Assembly (NCBI GenBank): GCA_027448785.1
Contig: DAIDMW010000002.1
Span: forward strand, 7,252 to 71,251
Reading direction: 5' to 3'
From: Candidatus Colwellbacteria bacterium
Lineage (GTDB): Bacteria; Patescibacteriota; Minisyncoccia; UBA6257; Colwellbacteraceae
Length of the DNA stretch: 64,000 nt
Within the stretch, counting starts at the first letter, position 1. Every line of letters starts with the position of its first letter. Below are positions 36,384-46,253 of the stretch, in pieces. The notes beneath the pieces were generated by a model that was not told the origin of the DNA, did no database searches, and worked only from the letters and a program-made list of their open reading frames with translations. The position numbers and the translations under genes were made by a program.

Positions 36384-37007
36384 TTATTGATTAGACGGAG
36401 TGGAAGTAGCCGACGATTGGTAATATGTGTTGATTGTCAGAGAGTAGCTCAGGACTGGCGCCGCAGTTTGACCCTTGGTGGCCGTCGTTCCCGGCTGTGT
36501 GCCGGCCGCGGCCGAGACGGAAAGCGACGACAGATCGAAAATCTGGATATTGTTGCTCAGAGAGTTAAGAAAGTTAATCAGGCTTTGATACGTTCCCGAG
36601 CATTGCAGGTTTATAGCAACCGTGCCGACGCCCTTGATGAGCGATCCGGCCGGCGGATAATTTATCGGCAAGTACTGGAAAGATATGGAGGAAAGCTGAA
36701 TATTATTGGCCGACGCCAGCCCCTGGATTTGGTTGATGATAGTCGGCACGTCGTCCTGGGGAGGCAGGATTGAAGAAATGGTCTGCTGCAGCTGCCCCAT
36801 GTTCTGATATTGGCTTTGGAGCTTGTTGACGTTCTGGTTGATGGCGGTTAACTGCTGCAGCAAGCTCTGGTTTCCGGAAACCTCGCCTCGCAGATTCTGG
36901 ACATTATTGAAAAGCGGAAGAAGCATCGAAGAATAAATAATAACCGCGCCCACTAGAAGAGCGATGCTGCCAATCAAGCTATAGAACCTTTTAGTTGAAG
37001 CGCTCAT
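36384..37007 (-). CDS. PilO-like pilus assembly protein
   Basis: 207 aa, single TM then coiled-coil then a C-terminal domain. Position after pilN-like. Confidence 0.6.
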   Translation of the reverse strand: MSASTKRFYSLIGSIALLVGAVIIYSSMLLPLFNNVQNLRGEVSGNQSLLQQLTAINQNVNKLQSQYQNMGQLQQTISSILPPQDDVPTIINQIQGLASANNIQLSSISFQYLPINYPPAGSLIKGVGTVAINLQCSGTYQSLINFLNSLSNNIQIFDLSSLSVSAAAGTQPGTTATKGQTAAPVLSYSLTINTYYQSSATSTPSNQ

Positions 37008-37621
37008 GGTGTGGTTGTCGTAGTGTTAATGAAATTGGGCGTAGAGGTCGAACTGGTGGCGCTGGCATAGCTGAAAATATTCGGATCCAACATCAGCTTC
37101 ACCGAGAAGGTCACCGCGTTGCCGCTGGCTTGCGAACTGCCTAAAACAACGCCTTTGATCTGTGGATTGCTTTGATACGCCTGCAGCTGGGACGCCAGAA
37201 CGGCGTAAGAGGCCGCCACTCCGCTTAAATCAACCTCGCTTTGCGGAACGCTAATTTTAGCTGAGGTGTAACTGACCTGGGGGCTGGTCGAGGAGGCCAG
37301 CAGCGGAAATATGTAAGTGGCGTTGACATGGTTTTTCAGAAGCTTCTGGATATTCACCACCTGCGAATAGAAGCCTACGACGTTCTTTTGGTTCGGATTG
37401 GCCGCAATCTGGTTGCTCAAATCCCGCACCTGCCCCTGCAAGGAGGAGAGTTGATTGTTAAGCATCGGCTGGTAGCCGAAAGCCAAGCCGAGATAGCTTA
37501 AGAGCACCGCCAGAAAAATCACCAGCATGGCGGTAAAAAATTTCCAAGGCCAGCCGACAGGAAGACGTTCCTGCGCCAGCTGCGCTTGGATGCCGGTTAG
37601 GTTGTTTGGATATTCTGGCAT
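37004..37621 (-). CDS. PilN-like pilus assembly protein
   Basis: 205 aa, single TM then coiled-coil. Follows pilM. Confidence 0.6.
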   Translation of the reverse strand: MPEYPNNLTGIQAQLAQERLPVGWPWKFFTAMLVIFLAVLLSYLGLAFGYQPMLNNQLSSLQGQVRDLSNQIAANPNQKNVVGFYSQVVNIQKLLKNHVNATYIFPLLASSTSPQVSYTSAKISVPQSEVDLSGVAASYAVLASQLQAYQSNPQIKGVVLGSSQASGNAVTFSVKLMLDPNIFSYASATSSTSTPNFINTTTTTP

Positions 37622-38742
37622 TAGCTAATGAATTGTCTTAATCCTAAACCGATGGCCACGGTGAGCGGGGCGCCGACTTCGGCCAGGAGCGGAGCGGCTT
37701 CCGGCGGAAATTCTATTCTTTTCCAGGGGTCGGCTTTTATAACCGGCAATCCCAGCTGCAGCGATGCATACTTTTCTATCCCCAACAAGTTTGCTCCGCC
37801 GCCGGCCAGTATCACTCTTTCCACCTTGCCGTTGTAATTTTTTTCGTAAATATCTTTCACCCGCTTTACTTCGCTAAGTATAACATCCAGGAAGGGCAGC
37901 ATCAAAGTGGATAAACCATACTCCCCTCCCTGTCCGAGCAATCCTTTCTGTTTTTTAAGATCCTCGGCTCGGCGCACGCTGACGCTTAATCCGTTAGCCA
38001 CGGCCTGCGTCAGGGAGCTGCCGGAAAAATCCGTCTGCGCGCTGTATTTCAACAATCCCTTTTCCGCCACGCCGATGGCGGTGGAACGCGCTCCGATATC
38101 GACCAAGAGAGTGGTGGTAGGATCGCCGGAAGTCAAAACTCGCGCCAAGCTAAGACCTTCGATTTCCAGCGCTTTCAAGGATAACCCGGCGGCGCGGAAA
38201 ACCGTTTGATACTTGTTCACCACTTCGTTCGGCACCGAGATCAGAAAAACCTGCTGTTTCCGAGCTCCCTTCTCGTCGGTGTACTCACCGACCGGAACCC
38301 AGTCGATAGCTACTTCATTCAGCGGCAGTGGTACAAAAACCTGTGCCTGGTAGCGCATCGCCTGGGCCAGCTCCTGCGGAGGAAGGAACGGAACGTCCAA
38401 GAGCGAGGTAAAGGCGGAAAACGAAGGGATGGAAGCGATCGCCGTTTTTGCCTGCGGCCTCATCTTATTTAGCAGCGTTTTTAAAAGTTCAGCCGTCTCG
38501 TTCTCCAACATTTTCAAGCTGCTGGTCTGGATAGCTGTGTTGAGGCGGTCCAAATGGCTATAGCTCTCGAGGATGCCGTAATTTTTCAAGCGCGGCAAGC
38601 CGCTGGTCGTCGAAGCTTCCAGCTCCACGGCCTTGATAGAGGCGGTTCCGATATCAACGCCGAGGAAGTTTCCCTCGGAGACGGCGCTAATCAGCCTTTT
38701 AAACGGGCGTAAATTTATCGACTGCAAGAATTTTTCAAACAT
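37621..38742 (-). CDS. pilM: Type IV pilus assembly protein PilM (actin-like ATPase)
   Basis: 373 aa, FLGVDIGTASIKAVEL, actin/FtsA-like fold signature. Confidence 0.85.
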   Translation of the reverse strand: MFEKFLQSINLRPFKRLISAVSEGNFLGVDIGTASIKAVELEASTTSGLPRLKNYGILESYSHLDRLNTAIQTSSLKMLENETAELLKTLLNKMRPQAKTAIASIPSFSAFTSLLDVPFLPPQELAQAMRYQAQVFVPLPLNEVAIDWVPVGEYTDEKGARKQQVFLISVPNEVVNKYQTVFRAAGLSLKALEIEGLSLARVLTSGDPTTTLLVDIGARSTAIGVAEKGLLKYSAQTDFSGSSLTQAVANGLSVSVRRAEDLKKQKGLLGQGGEYGLSTLMLPFLDVILSEVKRVKDIYEKNYNGKVERVILAGGGANLLGIEKYASLQLGLPVIKADPWKRIEFPPEAAPLLAEVGAPLTVAIGLGLRQFIS

Positions 38743-38782
38743 TTACGAATAAATTATACAACATAAAAAAGGAAATGGCAGA

Positions 38783-38872
38783 AAAAGCGCAAAATAAAAA
38801 CTAAAAGCGAAAAAGAAATAATAACGGACTACTTATCGTTGTTTTTCGCTTTTAGCTTTTAGTTTTGCGCTC
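38783..38872. repeat. Modular palindromic intergenic repeat, copy R7
   Basis: aaaagcgcaaaataaaaactaaaagcgaaaaag ... gtttttcgcttttagcttttagttttgcgctct. A near-perfect palindrome between the divergent pilM and comFC. Confidence 0.8.
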
Positions 38873-38874
38873 TA

Positions 38875-39606
38875 ATGTATAATGTAGTCATGCCCTCCTT
38901 TTGGAGTAAAGCCGGCGCCGGCGCTTTCGACCTTCTCTTTCCGCCGCTCTGCCCTGTTTGCCGCAAAGAGTTGACCGACCCCAAGGAAAAATCGCTATCT
39001 CTCTGCCTTTCCTGCTTCTCCTCTCTGGAAGTGAATGAAAACTTTTTTCGCATTCCGCTACCCTACCATCGGGAAAAATCCGGAGGAGTGTTTATTCTCG
39101 GCGCCGGCACCCGCTACGACTCCCCTTTCGCCGCCAAGATTATTCACTCCCTGAAATACGAGGACTGTTTTCTGCTGGCCAAGCCTCTGGCTGAACTTAT
39201 CTTCCGCCATTTGGAGCGCTCCGGATTGGCGCGGCTAATCGAGCGCGAAGAGTTTATAATCACTTCCGTTCCACTCCATCGCCGGCGCCTGATAGACCGG
39301 GGCTATAATCAAGCGGAGCTAATCGGGCGAGAACTATCTCTCTTAACCGGTCTGCCGATCGCCGATCTTCTTCTTCGTACGCGACCAACCATGGAACAGG
39401 CCAAAATCTCCGACCCCGAAGAAAGAATGAAAAATGCCAAAGGCTGCTTTTCGATAAACAGCAAATCAAAGTCTTCTCCTTCGGGAAAAAGGATACTGCT
39501 CGTCGACGATGTCTTCACAACCGGAGCCACTATGTTCGAGGCGGCAAAATGCCTATACCGATTCGGCGCGCGGCTGGTCGTCGGTCTCGCGGCAGCCAAA
39601 GCCTAA
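38875..39606 (+). CDS. comFC: Competence protein ComFC (phosphoribosyltransferase-like)
   Basis: N-terminal zinc-finger cysteines (CPVC...C..C) and the C-terminal PRTase motif LLVDDVFTTGATM. Confidence 0.85.
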   Translation: MYNVVMPSFWSKAGAGAFDLLFPPLCPVCRKELTDPKEKSLSLCLSCFSSLEVNENFFRIPLPYHREKSGGVFILGAGTRYDSPFAAKIIHSLKYEDCFLLAKPLAELIFRHLERSGLARLIEREEFIITSVPLHRRRLIDRGYNQAELIGRELSLLTGLPIADLLLRTRPTMEQAKISDPEERMKNAKGCFSINSKSKSSPSGKRILLVDDVFTTGATMFEAAKCLYRFGARLVVGLAAAKA

Positions 39607-39790
39607 AAATGCAAAACTAAAAGCTAAAAGCGAAAAAATAACGGCCAGGCAAGCGCAAGATTTAAAAGATCCGACGACTAACGACCTACCGTTATTTTAC
39701 GCTTTACGCTTTTCTCTTTGCGCTTTTAAATTTGTTTCGGCTTTCTGATTTAGGATTTCGGATTTTCGTTATTTTTCCTTTTGCGCTTAT
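39605..39790. repeat. Modular palindromic intergenic repeat, copy R8
   Basis: Left arm aaaatgcaaaactaaaagctaaaagcgaaaaaataacgg; right arm ccgttattttacgctttacgcttttctctttgcgcttttaaattt, plus the gatttaggatttcggatttt motif. Confidence 0.8.
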
Positions 39791-40635
39791 TTGTAGTAGA
39801 TCCTCCCTTGTATCCGCAGATCGACGTATTGGACATTTTTCCAAGCGGGATCCTTGAGCAGCGATTGCACGGCGCCGAAGTCATCGGAAGGATCGAAAAG
39901 CAGGCTGAAATAAATCTTTTTATTGTCGAGAGTTTTGAAATAAACCTCCTCGTAACTCAGGTTATCCAGATAAAGGACAGGGCGGGAAAAACCAAGCTTC
40001 TCCAAAAAAGCCGCGACGGCGAGGAGGTTTTTGTACTGCGCCGCGGGAAGCGTCGTCGAAAGCAGCGGAATGTTGGGGCGCGATGAATCGAGGACCTCCG
40101 GCGAAGTCGAAGAAGCGATGCTGGTTAAAGAAAAAGAAGTGCTCGAAGTGGCGGCAGACGCGTTGGAGGAGGTTGAAACGGCGCGGGAAAAAGCCCTCCC
40201 GCTCTGATCCGTCCAATAGCAAGAGCCCGATGCGGTAAAGCACCACAGCAAGGTTTTCGGGCGCTCGCTGACTTTGACCACCACGCGGCGGCTGAAGAAA
40301 TTTCTCTCGATCTCCAGCCCGGATAGGCCGGGCATGAATTTCAGCGCAGCCCCGCTTACCTGCGCCGATCCGCCCCACGACCATATGTTGGTCAGTCCGA
40401 GCCAGCCGCTTAATCCTCCGTGCCGCAACAATTCCGCATCGACGGCTGAAATAATGGTAGCCGAAGAGACCGCGGAGTTTCCCGAAACCGAGACGTTTTG
40501 CACGGTAAACAGGGGGAAGTGGAAAATGAACGAAAAAAATCCGATAAAAAGGAGAATTGCCGCGCCGGAGGCGGCGTAAATTTTCACTCTTTTTAGAAAA
40601 AGCTCCTTCTCCCTCGTCCGGCTCTGATAGCGCAT
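39787..40635 (-). CDS. FtsQ/DivIB-like cell division protein (POTRA-containing), tentative
   Basis: 282 aa with an N-terminal TM. The segment LFTVQNVSVSGNSAVSSATIISA resembles the POTRA start of FtsQ. Low sequence certainty. Confidence 0.45.
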   Translation of the reverse strand: MRYQSRTREKELFLKRVKIYAASGAAILLFIGFFSFIFHFPLFTVQNVSVSGNSAVSSATIISAVDAELLRHGGLSGWLGLTNIWSWGGSAQVSGAALKFMPGLSGLEIERNFFSRRVVVKVSERPKTLLWCFTASGSCYWTDQSGRAFSRAVSTSSNASAATSSTSFSLTSIASSTSPEVLDSSRPNIPLLSTTLPAAQYKNLLAVAAFLEKLGFSRPVLYLDNLSYEEVYFKTLDNKKIYFSLLFDPSDDFGAVQSLLKDPAWKNVQYVDLRIQGRIYYK

Positions 40636-40641
40636 ATCCCT

Positions 40642-42030
40642 TTATTTGTCAGATGGTTTGATAACATCCTTTCCCACGAATTCGCGCAGGACTTCCGGGA
40701 CAATTATATTCCCTTCCTTGGTCTGGTAATTTTCGATGATGGCGATAAGCACCCGCGGGCTAGGCAGAGCGGTGTTGTTCAGCATGTAAGCGAACTTCTT
40801 CTCCCCTTCCGCATCGGTGTAACGGACATTAAGTCTTCTGGCCTGCCAATCCAGGAAGTTGCTGGCCGATCCGGTTTCAGCCCACCTATTCATTCCTGGA
40901 AGCCAAGCCTCGATGTCGAAAGCGCGATATTTCCCGGGACTCATATCCCCGGTGCAAATCTGTAGCCTGCGGTACGGCAGGCCAAGCTCCTCATGCATCT
41001 CGCCAGAGATATTGGTCATTTCGTCCTGGAGCTTGTTGGCTTTCTCCACGTCGGCTTCGGCGACCGCGACCTGTTCGACTTTCATAAACTCATGAACGCG
41101 ATACAATCCCTTGACATCTTTGCTATAACTGCCTATTTCGCTCCGGTAGCACTGGCTGTATCCGCAAACCTTAATCGGCAGATCCTCGACCGGCAGCGTT
41201 TCGTTAGCGAAGTAAGCCAAAAGCGAAGGCTCGGCCGTACCGACCAAGAACTTCTTCTCGCCGCTGAACTCTCCGGTCGCCTCTTTGTCCGAGGTGGCCA
41301 CCTGATAGATCTCGTCCACCGCCGAATCGTAAGTCAGCCCCTTGAAGTATCCACTGCCGAAAAGAGCGAATCCTTTGACCAGCGTCGGCGGAATCATCGG
41401 GTTGAATCCTTTCTGCACCATCTTCCGTAGGGCGTACATCATGATTCCCATCGTGAGAAGCACTCCGTCGTTTTTAACATAATAGCCGCGGAATCCTCCG
41501 ACCTTCGTTCCGCGGTCGAAATCGAGGATGTCGAGATGCTTGCTTATTTCAATGTGACTTTTGGGCTCAAAATCGAATTTTTTCGGCTCGCCCCATCGGA
41601 AAATCTCCTTATTGTCCTCTTCCCCTTTACCGATCGGCGTGTCGGGAGAAGGAACAGTCGGCACCTTGGCCATCAGCTCGTCGAATCTTTCTTTGACCTC
41701 GTCTAGCTTCCCCAAGTCTGGTTCGCGCAGCGCTCGGCCCTTCTCGATCAACTCCTTCCTCTCTTTCTCGTCCTTCGCCTTGGCAATCTCGTCGTTTAAA
41801 TCGTTCTTCTGCTGGTTGAAAGATTCTGATTCGCGCAGCAGAGATAGGCGCTCCTGGTCTGCCCGCAAAAGCTCGTCTAAATCGAGATTGATTCTCTTGT
41901 TCTTGATGGCCTCCTTTACCTCGTCGGCGTGTTCCCTGATGAATTTTATATCCAGCATCTTGTTTATTTTTGTAAATTTGTGCTTTTTTTCTCCGGCCGG
42001 AAGTGTCGGCGCAGGCGATTTTTTATTCAT
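40642..42030 (-). CDS. serS: Serine--tRNA ligase
   Basis: 462 aa. N-terminal coiled-coil MLDIKFIREHADEV plus class II catalytic motifs. Confidence 0.9.
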   Translation of the reverse strand: MNKKSPAPTLPAGEKKHKFTKINKMLDIKFIREHADEVKEAIKNKRINLDLDELLRADQERLSLLRESESFNQQKNDLNDEIAKAKDEKERKELIEKGRALREPDLGKLDEVKERFDELMAKVPTVPSPDTPIGKGEEDNKEIFRWGEPKKFDFEPKSHIEISKHLDILDFDRGTKVGGFRGYYVKNDGVLLTMGIMMYALRKMVQKGFNPMIPPTLVKGFALFGSGYFKGLTYDSAVDEIYQVATSDKEATGEFSGEKKFLVGTAEPSLLAYFANETLPVEDLPIKVCGYSQCYRSEIGSYSKDVKGLYRVHEFMKVEQVAVAEADVEKANKLQDEMTNISGEMHEELGLPYRRLQICTGDMSPGKYRAFDIEAWLPGMNRWAETGSASNFLDWQARRLNVRYTDAEGEKKFAYMLNNTALPSPRVLIAIIENYQTKEGNIIVPEVLREFVGKDVIKPSDK

Positions 42031-42164
42031 TAATTATTACTCTCCTTGCCTCTTAAAATCAATCGCCACAAAAACCGTTTTTTGACAAAACCGATGCCTT
42101 GGCCTAACGTCTCTATACCCTTAATCGGGATGGATTTGAACCTCTATAAAAGGAGAGTGATCAG

Positions 42165-43109
42165 ATGCGCCACGGTCGCCGTTCCGGCTCCTGCTGGGTT
42201 TCATGGCTTCTCTCAGCCGTTCTACTCCTCGCCATATCGTTCACTTACGATTGGGGACACGCGTCTCAAATACTGTTTGCCTACGAACGGAACGAGCTTC
42301 AAAGCGCCCGGAGCGAAATCGACCAAAACCACGTGAAAATCGGAGAGTTGCAGCAAGCAATCGCCCAACTCTCAATTGAACTGGCCCAGGAGACGAAAGC
42401 CGCCAAAGAGCTGCGGCAGCAGCTGAGCAAGCTCCAGGCTACCAAAGCCTCCGACCCTCCGGCCGGAGTAATCTTCTACCAGGGCAACACCTCTTCAAAG
42501 GAAGTGGCGATTACCATCGACGACGCCTTCGTGCCGTCGCTGGTAGAAAAAGCTTTGGGCATCCTCGCAAGTAATCGCGCGACAGCCACTTTTTTCCCGG
42601 TTGGCCGCATGATCTCGGCCGACCCAGGAATATTCCGCCAAGCGGTCAAAGACGGCATTCAGCTCGGCAATCACACCTACGACCACGAATGGCTGACGCA
42701 GCTAACCCCTTCGCAGATTACCGCTCAGATCGATGGGTGGCAGAACGCAATCGACCAGGCGCTCGGGTATCACTACGACACTGTGTGGTTCCGGCCGCCG
42801 GGAATGGCTGGCTTCACCAGCCGGCAGCTCGACAAGAAGTACGGGCCGATCGTCGGCAAATACGACTTAAACGTTGCGCTTTGGGACGTAGATACCTACA
42901 CCGGCATCTATAAGTCCAAGGGGCTAAACGTCGCGCCGTCTGTCGTCGCCGATTACGTCCTGTCGCACGCCCACCCCGGCAGCGTCATTCTTATGCATTT
43001 CGATACTCCGGACATCGCGGCCCTGCCGGCGATTCTCCAAGGACTCGAAGCCAAGGGCCTAAAACCAGTGACGCTCTCCAAGTTGTACAACTACTCTCCC
43101 ACAAAATAA
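42165..43109 (+). CDS. Polysaccharide/peptidoglycan deacetylase (NodB homology domain), membrane-anchored
   Basis: NodB motifs VAITIDDAF, NHTYDHEWL and LMHF, behind an N-terminal TM and coiled-coil. Confidence 0.85.
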   Translation: MRHGRRSGSCWVSWLLSAVLLLAISFTYDWGHASQILFAYERNELQSARSEIDQNHVKIGELQQAIAQLSIELAQETKAAKELRQQLSKLQATKASDPPAGVIFYQGNTSSKEVAITIDDAFVPSLVEKALGILASNRATATFFPVGRMISADPGIFRQAVKDGIQLGNHTYDHEWLTQLTPSQITAQIDGWQNAIDQALGYHYDTVWFRPPGMAGFTSRQLDKKYGPIVGKYDLNVALWDVDTYTGIYKSKGLNVAPSVVADYVLSHAHPGSVILMHFDTPDIAALPAILQGLEAKGLKPVTLSKLYNYSPTK

Positions 43110-43123
43110 GAGAGGACTTAAAA

Positions 43124-43157
43124 GCCCGAGGCATTCCGCCCCGGGCCTTTCTTTTTT
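43124..43157 (+). terminator. Rho-independent terminator after the deacetylase gene
   Basis: Hairpin gcccgagg-N7-ccccgggc, then ctttcttttttat. Confidence 0.55.
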
Positions 43158-43172
43158 ATCCTATGATTCTTA

Positions 43173-44621
43173 TCAGCTTTTCTTCTTAAGAAGCGGAAAG
43201 AAGACCGTCTCCCTGACCGGACGATCCATGAGGACGGCGAACAACCTCTCGGACATACCAAAACCTCCCGTCGGAGGCATACCGTACTCCAATGCCTCTA
43301 GAAAATCCTCATCCAGCATCTGCGCCTCGACATCGCCCTTGGCGCGCAGCTTCATCTGTTCCTCAAATCTCTCTCGTTCGTCCACCGGATCGTTCGCTTC
43401 GGAAAAACCCTTGCCGAGCTCGGTTCCGCAAGCGACGACCTGAAATCTTTCAACCTTGTCCGGCTCCCCTTCTTTTCTTTTGGCCAGCGGCTCGATATCG
43501 ACTGGCGGGTCGATTAAAAAGCAGGGTTGAACCAGCTTCGGGCGAGCCGTTTTCTTAAAAAGCAGGTCGATCAGCCGGCCGCGGCCGTGCTGTTTGGTCG
43601 CCTCGAGTTTCAACTCTTTCGCTTTGGCGAACAACTCATCCTCGGTCGCATACTTCAAATCCAATCCGGTCCCTTCTTTGAAGATCTCGTAATAGTCGAC
43701 GACCGGCCACTTCTTCCCCCAATCGATCTCCGCTCCTTTCCAAACGGTAGTAAGCGATCCTGTTGATTCCTGAATGGCGCGCTTATACATCCTCTCGACA
43801 AATTCCATCAGCTCTCGGTAGTCGGAGTAAGCCCAATAAAACTCCATCTGAGTGTAATCCTGAAGATGTTCAGCATCGATTCCCTCGTTGCGGAAGATCC
43901 TGCCGATCTCGAAAACTTTTTCGTATCCTCCGACCAATAATTTCTTCAGCGATATCTCCAAAGAGATGCGCAAATAAAAATCCGTCTGCAGCGCCTTATG
44001 CCTGGTGACGAACGGTTCCGCCTCGGCCCCTCCGGGGACCGCTTCTAACACCGGCGTCTCCACCTCGGTGAACCCGCTGTTTTTCATAAAATCACGGACC
44101 GCTCCCCAGAATCGGTCTTTCTTCCGAAAAAGCTCGCGCAGCTCGGGGTCGGTCATCAAATCCAGATACCTCTGTCTGAGCTTTAACTCTATGTCATGCA
44201 GGCCGTAAAAGTCCGTCGGGATCGGTCGCAGAGATTTGACCGCCATTTTTAGCCCGGAAACCTCCAGGCTTTTTTCGCCGCGCTTGGTCGTAAAAGGTTT
44301 TCCAGAAGCCTCGATGAAGTCTCCGCGATCAAGGTTATCGCGCCAAAACTCCAGTTCAGCGAAGGTCTCGGCGCGCAATACCAGCTGGATCGTTCCGCTT
44401 TCGTCTTCGAGGTCCAAAAAAACCACCCCGCCCTGGTCGCGGATAGCGCGGATTCTGCCGATCAAGGATATCTTCCTGCCGGATTCAGCCAAGTTTGGAA
44501 AATCCTGAAGAGCTTGGCTTATCGGGAAATCTCGTCGCACGCGCGCCGGATAGGGATCCTCTCCCCTTTCTTTTATCCTCTGTAGTTTTCTTTTTCGTTC
44601 TTCGATCAGCGCGTCTAACAT
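43173..44621 (-). CDS. lysS: Lysine--tRNA ligase (class II)
   Basis: 482 aa with an N-terminal OB anticodon-binding domain and a class II core. Confidence 0.9.
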   Translation of the reverse strand: MLDALIEERKRKLQRIKERGEDPYPARVRRDFPISQALQDFPNLAESGRKISLIGRIRAIRDQGGVVFLDLEDESGTIQLVLRAETFAELEFWRDNLDRGDFIEASGKPFTTKRGEKSLEVSGLKMAVKSLRPIPTDFYGLHDIELKLRQRYLDLMTDPELRELFRKKDRFWGAVRDFMKNSGFTEVETPVLEAVPGGAEAEPFVTRHKALQTDFYLRISLEISLKKLLVGGYEKVFEIGRIFRNEGIDAEHLQDYTQMEFYWAYSDYRELMEFVERMYKRAIQESTGSLTTVWKGAEIDWGKKWPVVDYYEIFKEGTGLDLKYATEDELFAKAKELKLEATKQHGRGRLIDLLFKKTARPKLVQPCFLIDPPVDIEPLAKRKEGEPDKVERFQVVACGTELGKGFSEANDPVDERERFEEQMKLRAKGDVEAQMLDEDFLEALEYGMPPTGGFGMSERLFAVLMDRPVRETVFFPLLKKKS

Positions 44622-44639
44622 TTGCGAAATGATTAACTA

Positions 44640-45098
44640 TTACTCAATTTTGGACACAACGTACTCCACGCTGCCGGAAGGCGTTTCCACGGTAATCGAA
44701 TCACCCACTTTATGCCCTAAAAGCTCGCGTCCCAGCGGCGATTCATTGGAGATGAATCCCTCCTCCGGCTTGGCCTCGCTCCGTCCGCCTATGAAGAAGC
44801 GCATATTCTTGCCGTCGCGGATCACTTCGACGGTAGAGCCGACGGTCACGATCCCGGAGCTTTTCTCCCCCTTTTTAATAATAACCGACTCCTTGATAAT
44901 ACCCTCCAGCTCGTCGATCCGGCGCTCCACGCGGTGCTGCTCTTCCTTGGCCTCCGCGTACTCCGAGTTCTCCGACAAATCGCCCAGCTCTTTGGCTTTT
45001 TTCAAGCGTTCCGCCACCTCGAGCCTGGCAGTTCCCTTTAATTCACCCAACTCTAACTTTAGCTCCTTCAATCTCTCCTCAGTCAAGAAATAGCTCAT
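44640..45098 (-). CDS. greA: Transcription elongation factor GreA
   Basis: 152 aa, MSYFLTEERLKELKLEL...DLSENSEYAEAKEEQ. Confidence 0.92.
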   Translation of the reverse strand: MSYFLTEERLKELKLELGELKGTARLEVAERLKKAKELGDLSENSEYAEAKEEQHRVERRIDELEGIIKESVIIKKGEKSSGIVTVGSTVEVIRDGKNMRFFIGGRSEAKPEEGFISNESPLGRELLGHKVGDSITVETPSGSVEYVVSKIE

Positions 45099-45109
45099 TG
45101 TTTTTTATT

Positions 45110-45817
45110 TTATTTATAGGCTCCGGCTAAAAGCCATATTTTTATTTTTACCGCATCCCAAAGCGGAGCGCTACTGCTTTTCCCGCCTGCCGCATCACCG
45201 CGCCGATCCAAGATTACTTCTCCGATCCTGATTCCGTTTTTATCCGCGATTCCCAAAGCCTCTAAACCCGCTCCTCTGCCCTTTAGGCGCGTCTTCGGAA
45301 ATACGATCTCGGCCGCCGCTCCGGTGAAGCACTGGAAGCCGCTTAAGCCGTTCCGCACTTTCCTGGTAACCAGAGCGTGTGCCGCTTTTTTCCAAAAGGA
45401 GGACGGAAGGCTGATTAAAAATCCCAGCGCTCCGTCACTTGCCTCCACGCCGGGGTAGCCGACAACCGCTCCGAAACCGGCGCGGAAGTGCTCTAATAGC
45501 CTCGGGAGTTCCTTAAAGTCAATCTCTGAGTCCAGGTCCAGCCACATGCGATACTGTCCGGTGGCGGAGAGCATCCCTTTTTTCAGTACTTCTCCCCAAC
45601 CGGCATCCGGCCGTTCCAGTAGATTCAAGTTCTTTACAAAAGAAGCGAAGCGTCGGACGATATCCGTAGTCGCATCATTCGAGCCGCGGTCGACGACCAG
45701 AATCTCGTAGCTATAATCTCCGGCCGACAGCCGGCGGTCGATTTCTAGCAAGGCGAGCGGAATTCTCTTGGCTTCGTTCAGTGTTGGGATTATTACCGAA
45801 AGGCGCGGAGAATCCAT
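45110..45817 (-). CDS. Family 2 glycosyltransferase (DPM1-like)
   Basis: N-terminus LSVIIPTLNEAKRIP ... ILVVDRGSNDAT, the GT-A DxD-type pattern. Confidence 0.75.
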   Translation of the reverse strand: MDSPRLSVIIPTLNEAKRIPLALLEIDRRLSAGDYSYEILVVDRGSNDATTDIVRRFASFVKNLNLLERPDAGWGEVLKKGMLSATGQYRMWLDLDSEIDFKELPRLLEHFRAGFGAVVGYPGVEASDGALGFLISLPSSFWKKAAHALVTRKVRNGLSGFQCFTGAAAEIVFPKTRLKGRGAGLEALGIADKNGIRIGEVILDRRGDAAGGKSSSAPLWDAVKIKIWLLAGAYK

Positions 45818-45824
45818 CGAAAGA

Positions 45825-46253
45825 TTAACGCTTCTTCCACTGCGGAGCCCGACGGGCTTTGCGCAACCCGTATTTCTTCCTTTCCACCGCTCGGTCGTCG
45901 CGGGTGAGATACCCTAACCCTTTAAGCGTGCCGCGGAAGTCCGGATTGAACTTGATGATGGCCCGAGCTAAGCCGAGGGTTACCGCCTCAGCCTGTCCAG
46001 TTATCCCTCCGCCGCGAACGGAAACCTTAACGACTGGACGGGACTTCTCTCCGAACACGCTAAGCGGAGCCAAAGCCGCGTTGCGCATTCGCAGCACGGG
46101 GAAAAACTCCTCGATTTCCTTGTTGTTGACTTTAGTGGAAAACTTCTCGTCTCCCAAAGGATAAATGCGAACTCTCGCTACCGCCGTTTTGCGGCGACCG
46201 ACTCCCTCGAAATATTTATTTTCTTTAGCTGAAACTTTACTCATTGTCTTCAA
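45825..46253 (-). CDS. rpsI: 30S ribosomal protein S9
   Basis: 142 aa, C-terminal ...GLRKARRAPQWKKR. Confidence 0.92.
   Translation of the reverse strand: MKTMSKVSAKENKYFEGVGRRKTAVARVRIYPLGDEKFSTKVNNKEIEEFFPVLRMRNAALAPLSVFGEKSRPVVKVSVRGGGITGQAEAVTLGLARAIIKFNPDFRGTLKGLGYLTRDDRAVERKKYGLRKARRAPQWKKR

Noticed and set aside
39962-40384. 140-aa ORF on the same strand as the FtsQ-like gene but in another frame
   Set aside because: Fully nested within the longer ORF, Arg/Gly-rich. An alternative-frame artefact.
41561-42085. Plus-strand 174-aa ORF
   Set aside because: It lies antisense inside serS and is Ser/Leu-rich low-complexity. Spurious.
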